64,000 nucleotides of DNA. Origin: Raillietiella orientalis (taxonomy: Eukaryota). Position 1 is the first letter of the stretch; the number at the start of each line of letters is the position of its first letter. Position numbers and translations under genes: made by a program. A model generated the notes under the pieces. The model searched no databases. It saw only the letters and a program-made list of their open reading frames with translations, and was not told where the DNA came from. The stretch spans positions 1,860,001 to 1,924,000 of the forward strand of contig JAYWIR010000004.1 in NCBI GenBank assembly GCA_036172245.1. Reading direction: 5' to 3'. Positions 60,100 through 64,000 of this stretch are shown here, one piece after another.

Positions 60100-63000
60100 A
60101 GGGCGACACGTCCTCGAGCAGCCCGGAGCAGTCCGCCGGAGAGGCGATGCACCCGGTTTGCTTCCCCAGGAAAGGAAACCCGCGACGGGAGCGAAAGGAA
60201 GTCCATCTCCTCTGAGGAAGGAGGAGCGCCAAGATCCAGATGCGGTGCTCCCCGGAAATGACCACTTCCAACAGATGCTCCCATCGGTTTTTTTTTTTTC
60301 GAGGAGCTCCCTGGACCGTTCGATCTCGCCGCCTGGCAGATGGAGTTCGGGGAGCGAGCTCTCCCGGGATTTCTCCTCGAGGGTCTTCCGTCACCACCCG
60401 CCGGAAGAGGAGGCAGCAAAGCTCCAGTAGGGTTCGCGGAGGGGCAGCGGGTCCTCGCCAGTGTCCCTTCGTCTCCCGGAGACGGCCATTGGGGGAACAG
60501 GCCTGGCTCTCTGCTTTGCTCTGCTCGCCGTCGCATCCGGAAGCGATCCTATCCGATCAACGATTCCTCTTCCGGAGATCGGAGCCCCCGTCTCCAGGCC
60601 AACTGTTTTTTTGACGCAGAAGGGGGTCTAACGCCGGCCTCTCAGGCACCTGGAAGCGACCTGGAAGTTGATCCTCCGGCCGCTACGCGATTCCTGGGTG
60701 CTGGAAGAAGAGAAGGAGTGCACGACGAGAATCCAGCATCCCGGCGGAGAAGAGAACGTTGGTAGCACGTGGTCGCGTCATCAGAAGCGTCTCATTCGCG
60801 ATGTGTTCCTCCCCCCTCCCCCCCCTCGATGGGAACGGCGGTCGGGAGCAGGTGCAAGCGAGGCCTTTGGACCCTTGTTCCAGGAGGGAAGACGCATTAT
60901 CCCACGAGAGATGCCGCCCGCTTCGCGGGACTCAGACGCCTTCCTTAGAGGTGTCTCGTCTCCTCCGGGCGTCGGATTTTTCTGCAGAAGACCCGGTGCT
61001 AGTCACAGGGCCCCACAAGGCTGCACGAGCAGCGGCAGATCGTCGGCATCCGGGGGACGGCCTCTCGGTTCAGGGAGCTCGTGGAGGAAGGGTGGCGCTC
61101 TGGCTGGCGGCATCGATAGTGCGCGCAGCTCGGGGAGTCAAGAACGGGCGAGGCCCCAGTCTGGGGAGTAGGCGCGTGGGTCTCCTCGCAAGGAGCTGGG
61201 AGCATCTTCACCGAGATCCTTGGGCGGTGCTCCCTGCAGAGAGAAGCCGGCGGTGGGCTCGAGTAGAGGGGAGAGTCGAGAAGAGGAGGAGAGGGCGCAG
61301 AGAGCCATAGCCCCCTTTCTCACATGGCGCGTAACCGATGCCATAGGAGTGCGAGGAAAGGAAGGGCGCGCCCCCAGGAGTCTTCCCTAGGAGTCTTCCT
61401 TACAAGTGCAACTGAGAGCAGGCGGGAGGAGGAGGAGAAGGAAGTGCGGATGGACGAACGCGATTCCGGAGGCTCGGGGCGCGCTGGAAACCCGGCGATC
61501 ACCTGCTCCATCGTCGAGTTGGCTTGCATCACGCTGGCGATGAGGGGTCGTCGTACGCGCCACCCTTATTCTGGGCGGTGACACGTCCTTGCCGCTGCTC
61601 CTCCCCCAAGAGGACTTCCGTCGGAAGGCGGGTTGCGCTTGCATGCCGGGGAAACCCTCACACCCCTCCTCCCTCTTCCGCAGATTTCTGCGAGACAGAC
61701 GCCATCCGGAAACTGCGACGGAAGGGAACCCCTCGGGGAGGAGGAGCAGCCCCACTTCGCAGATGCGATCTCGACAAGGCCCTTCGCTTCTCCCTCTGAA
61801 AGGAACTCTTCCTCCCTCCCACGCCACCTCTCCCAGCCGACGTCTCTTTGCGCCGCTTCCTCCGCTCCTTAGACCTCCATGATTGGGATGCTCGAAGCAT
61901 GCGAGAAATGGTGGGGGTTGTTTCGGGGTGGAGAGAAAGGGGAGAAGTTCGTTTGGCCTCCAGAGAGAAACACACCGAGGTGCGGGGAGACTATGTGGAC
62001 CTCGGCAGTCCAAGGTGCGCCTCTTTCTCTTTGACAAAAATCAACGTAAGTCGCTCCCTCCATCCTCTCATCTCCTTCTTCGTTCAGAAGGAGTCTCCGT
62101 AAGAGTCTCCAAGAATCACTGCTTGCCTTTAGCTCTTGCACCAATTGCTGACCACTTGTTTTGGCTTCGGTCAAAATTGCGTGTGGTGCCCATCCCTGAT
62201 GTCGCATTAGTACACTTATGCTTGTATATCTTTCCTTCTTCTCTCGCTTTTATTTTCTTCTCTGCAACTTGATCCTCACGGCGCAGCCCTCGGGCACAAG
62301 AACACGCGCAGATCATTTTCTTCGGGGGCGCATCCGCTTGCAAAGTGAGCAGCCGTCACGCGTTCAAGTGTGCCACCTACACGGACGATAACAGAGGATC
62401 CTCAAGCGTCGATCTGCAGTACTCGCGCGTGAACTGACACGCGGCACGTATTCCCGAAGCCACCGCCTGGACTCACGCCTCGCACACATCGCAAGCAGGT
62501 GAGCGTGCACGCGCTGAGAGGTGCACGCGTAATGTCCTCTGGTGCACACGCGGGGGTGGACGGCTGCTGCAACGCACAGGAGGTGAGCAGGCAGGCACGA
62601 AAGAAGGAACGAGCAGGCGATGGATCTTCGACAGGCATCTTCCCCTCTGCTGCCTGCTCGGAAGGAGGGGATCTGGCTAGATGCTGCCGCTTCGTGCAGG
62701 ACTCTTCCACTGTCACAGCCAACCGTCCGGATATTGGGGATGCTTCGATCTTGAAATACCTCTGCTTCTCCTTCGCCCACCCTCCCTTCCTCCTCCTCCA
62801 GTAGAGAAGGGTCGGCTGCGGAGGTCTCTCCTGGTCATCACAGTCCATCCTATGAGCGTCTTTCCCTTCCTTCTGAAGAATCATTGAGGGAATCTCGTGC
62901 GTTAGCACCTGTGAGTCCAGTAGGTCGTGAGGGAGAGCCACCCGCGTGCACCCGCTGGTTCCTCGCCATGTCCCACCCTTACCTCTATCCCTGACCCTCA
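60100..63000 (-). mobile_element. Degenerate Ty3/gypsy pol relic (RT-RNaseH-integrase)
   Basis: HRMDCDDQERPPQP...IEASPISGRLAVTV (RT start), ELKASSDSWRLL...ATYVDF (RT core), EQVIAGFPARPEPPESR...LLSVALV...WGRALPF...WHRL (RNaseH; 61320-61532), and GHFRGAPHLDLGAPP (integrase start), in gypsy order. Confidence 0.55.
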
Positions 63001-63052
63001 GCTCTTGCAAAGACTCACGTATGCGCGCAGGATATCTCTGTTGTGAGGTTCT

Positions 63053-63440
63053 CCATGAAGGGAATTTGCCATTCACTGCAAATGGATGCGTAGGGAAGAG
63101 GCGCAACAGTGCAATAGTGAACTCTGCTCATGTCGAATCGATTACAAAACGCAAAAGTTGCAAATTTGGACCACATCAAGAATCAGTGCGAAGGAAAACA
63201 TTCCCTATGTAATTCCGACACTGGTTACCATGAAAACAACACAGAGTCCAAAGTGCCCCGCCCTAATGAAGTTTGGGACTCTTCTTAATGTCACTCTGAA
63301 TCCTGGAAATTGGAATGCTGAGCGGCTTTCCATGACGGGAATTTGCCATTTACTGCAAATGGATGCGTCGGGAAGAGGCGGAACAGTGCAATGGTGAAAT
63401 CTGCTGATTGCAAATTGATTACAAAACACAAAAAGTTGCA
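63053..63440. repeat. ~110-bp diverged direct repeat pair (63053-63162 and 63330-63440)
   Basis: CCATGA(A/C)GGGAATTTGCCATT(C/T)ACTGCAAATGGATGCGT(A/C)GGGAAGAGGCG(C/G)AACAGTGCAAT...GATTACAAAAC...AAAAGTTGCA occurs twice, offset 277 bp. Confidence 0.9.
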
Positions 63441-64000
63441 GCTGCAATGTTCACAGCCTGGGAACCACGGTCTCCTTATCAGAAGGCAGTAGCAGTCCCT
63501 TAAGCGCTCTCATTGAGCAGCCTCTCTGCAAGCCAGGGACTTGACCTCAGACCGACAGACTCCAGGATCTGGACCATCATCCTTACGTCGCCTACTCGAG
63601 GCATTCCTCCTATCGTCACGCAATCGGAGGGAGGAGGACATCCGAATTACTTCCTGGAAGAGGGGACAGAGGGAATGCTCCCCCTTCCCCTAATGCTGTG
63701 CGCCCCCGTGAGGCAGCCTGGCAGGGGCCTCCAGGGTGGGTCACTGTGCCGCTGAGTTGCGAAGCAGAAGGGGGAGCCAGGGAGGGAGGCAGTCCGCGAT
63801 CTTGTGAGTTCCTCTGGAACTCACAGATTCCTCTCCCGACCCTGAGTTGCAAACTTCCAGCTCCTCTGCGTTCTTCTTCGGACAGCTGTCCTCTAGGGAA
63901 CTCTCCGGGGCACCTCTACGTAGGGAAGGAGTCATCGCGAGCATCCGCGTCCCCACGCGCAACCTTCCTCCTGTTGCCTCGAAATTCCCTGCAAGCCCCC

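Overview
Eukaryotic genomic DNA from an invertebrate animal, probably an arthropod (the PKC closely resembles Drosophila Pkc98E). There are no prokaryotic features, CRISPR arrays, rRNA or recognisable tRNA. The window has two compartments. (1) A compact, AT-rich cluster of three genes at about 35.8-44.6 kb, with mostly 41-57 nt introns: a novel-class protein kinase C (epsilon/eta, Pkc98E-like; minus strand, 9 coding exons, 740 aa by my reconstruction), ISCA2 (plus) and PPP1R21 (minus). (2) Flanks made of heavily decayed transposon relics (Ty3/gypsy, DIRS-like, Helitron, several hAT types), plus one exon of an unconventional myosin at 600-706 followed by a U12-type donor (GTATCCTTT). The most unusual structure is inside PPP1R21. 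A ~160-bp genomic piece of the neighbouring PKC gene sits between two copies of a duplicated PPP1R21 intron/exon segment, and the next two PPP1R21 exons each carry a nonsense codon but are phase 0-0, so they can be skipped in frame. The predicted ISCA2 and PPP1R21 stop codons overlap in one CTAG palindrome. Most of the long GC-rich six-frame ORFs look spurious. Exon models and transposon calls were made by eye and need RNA-seq and profile searches to confirm.
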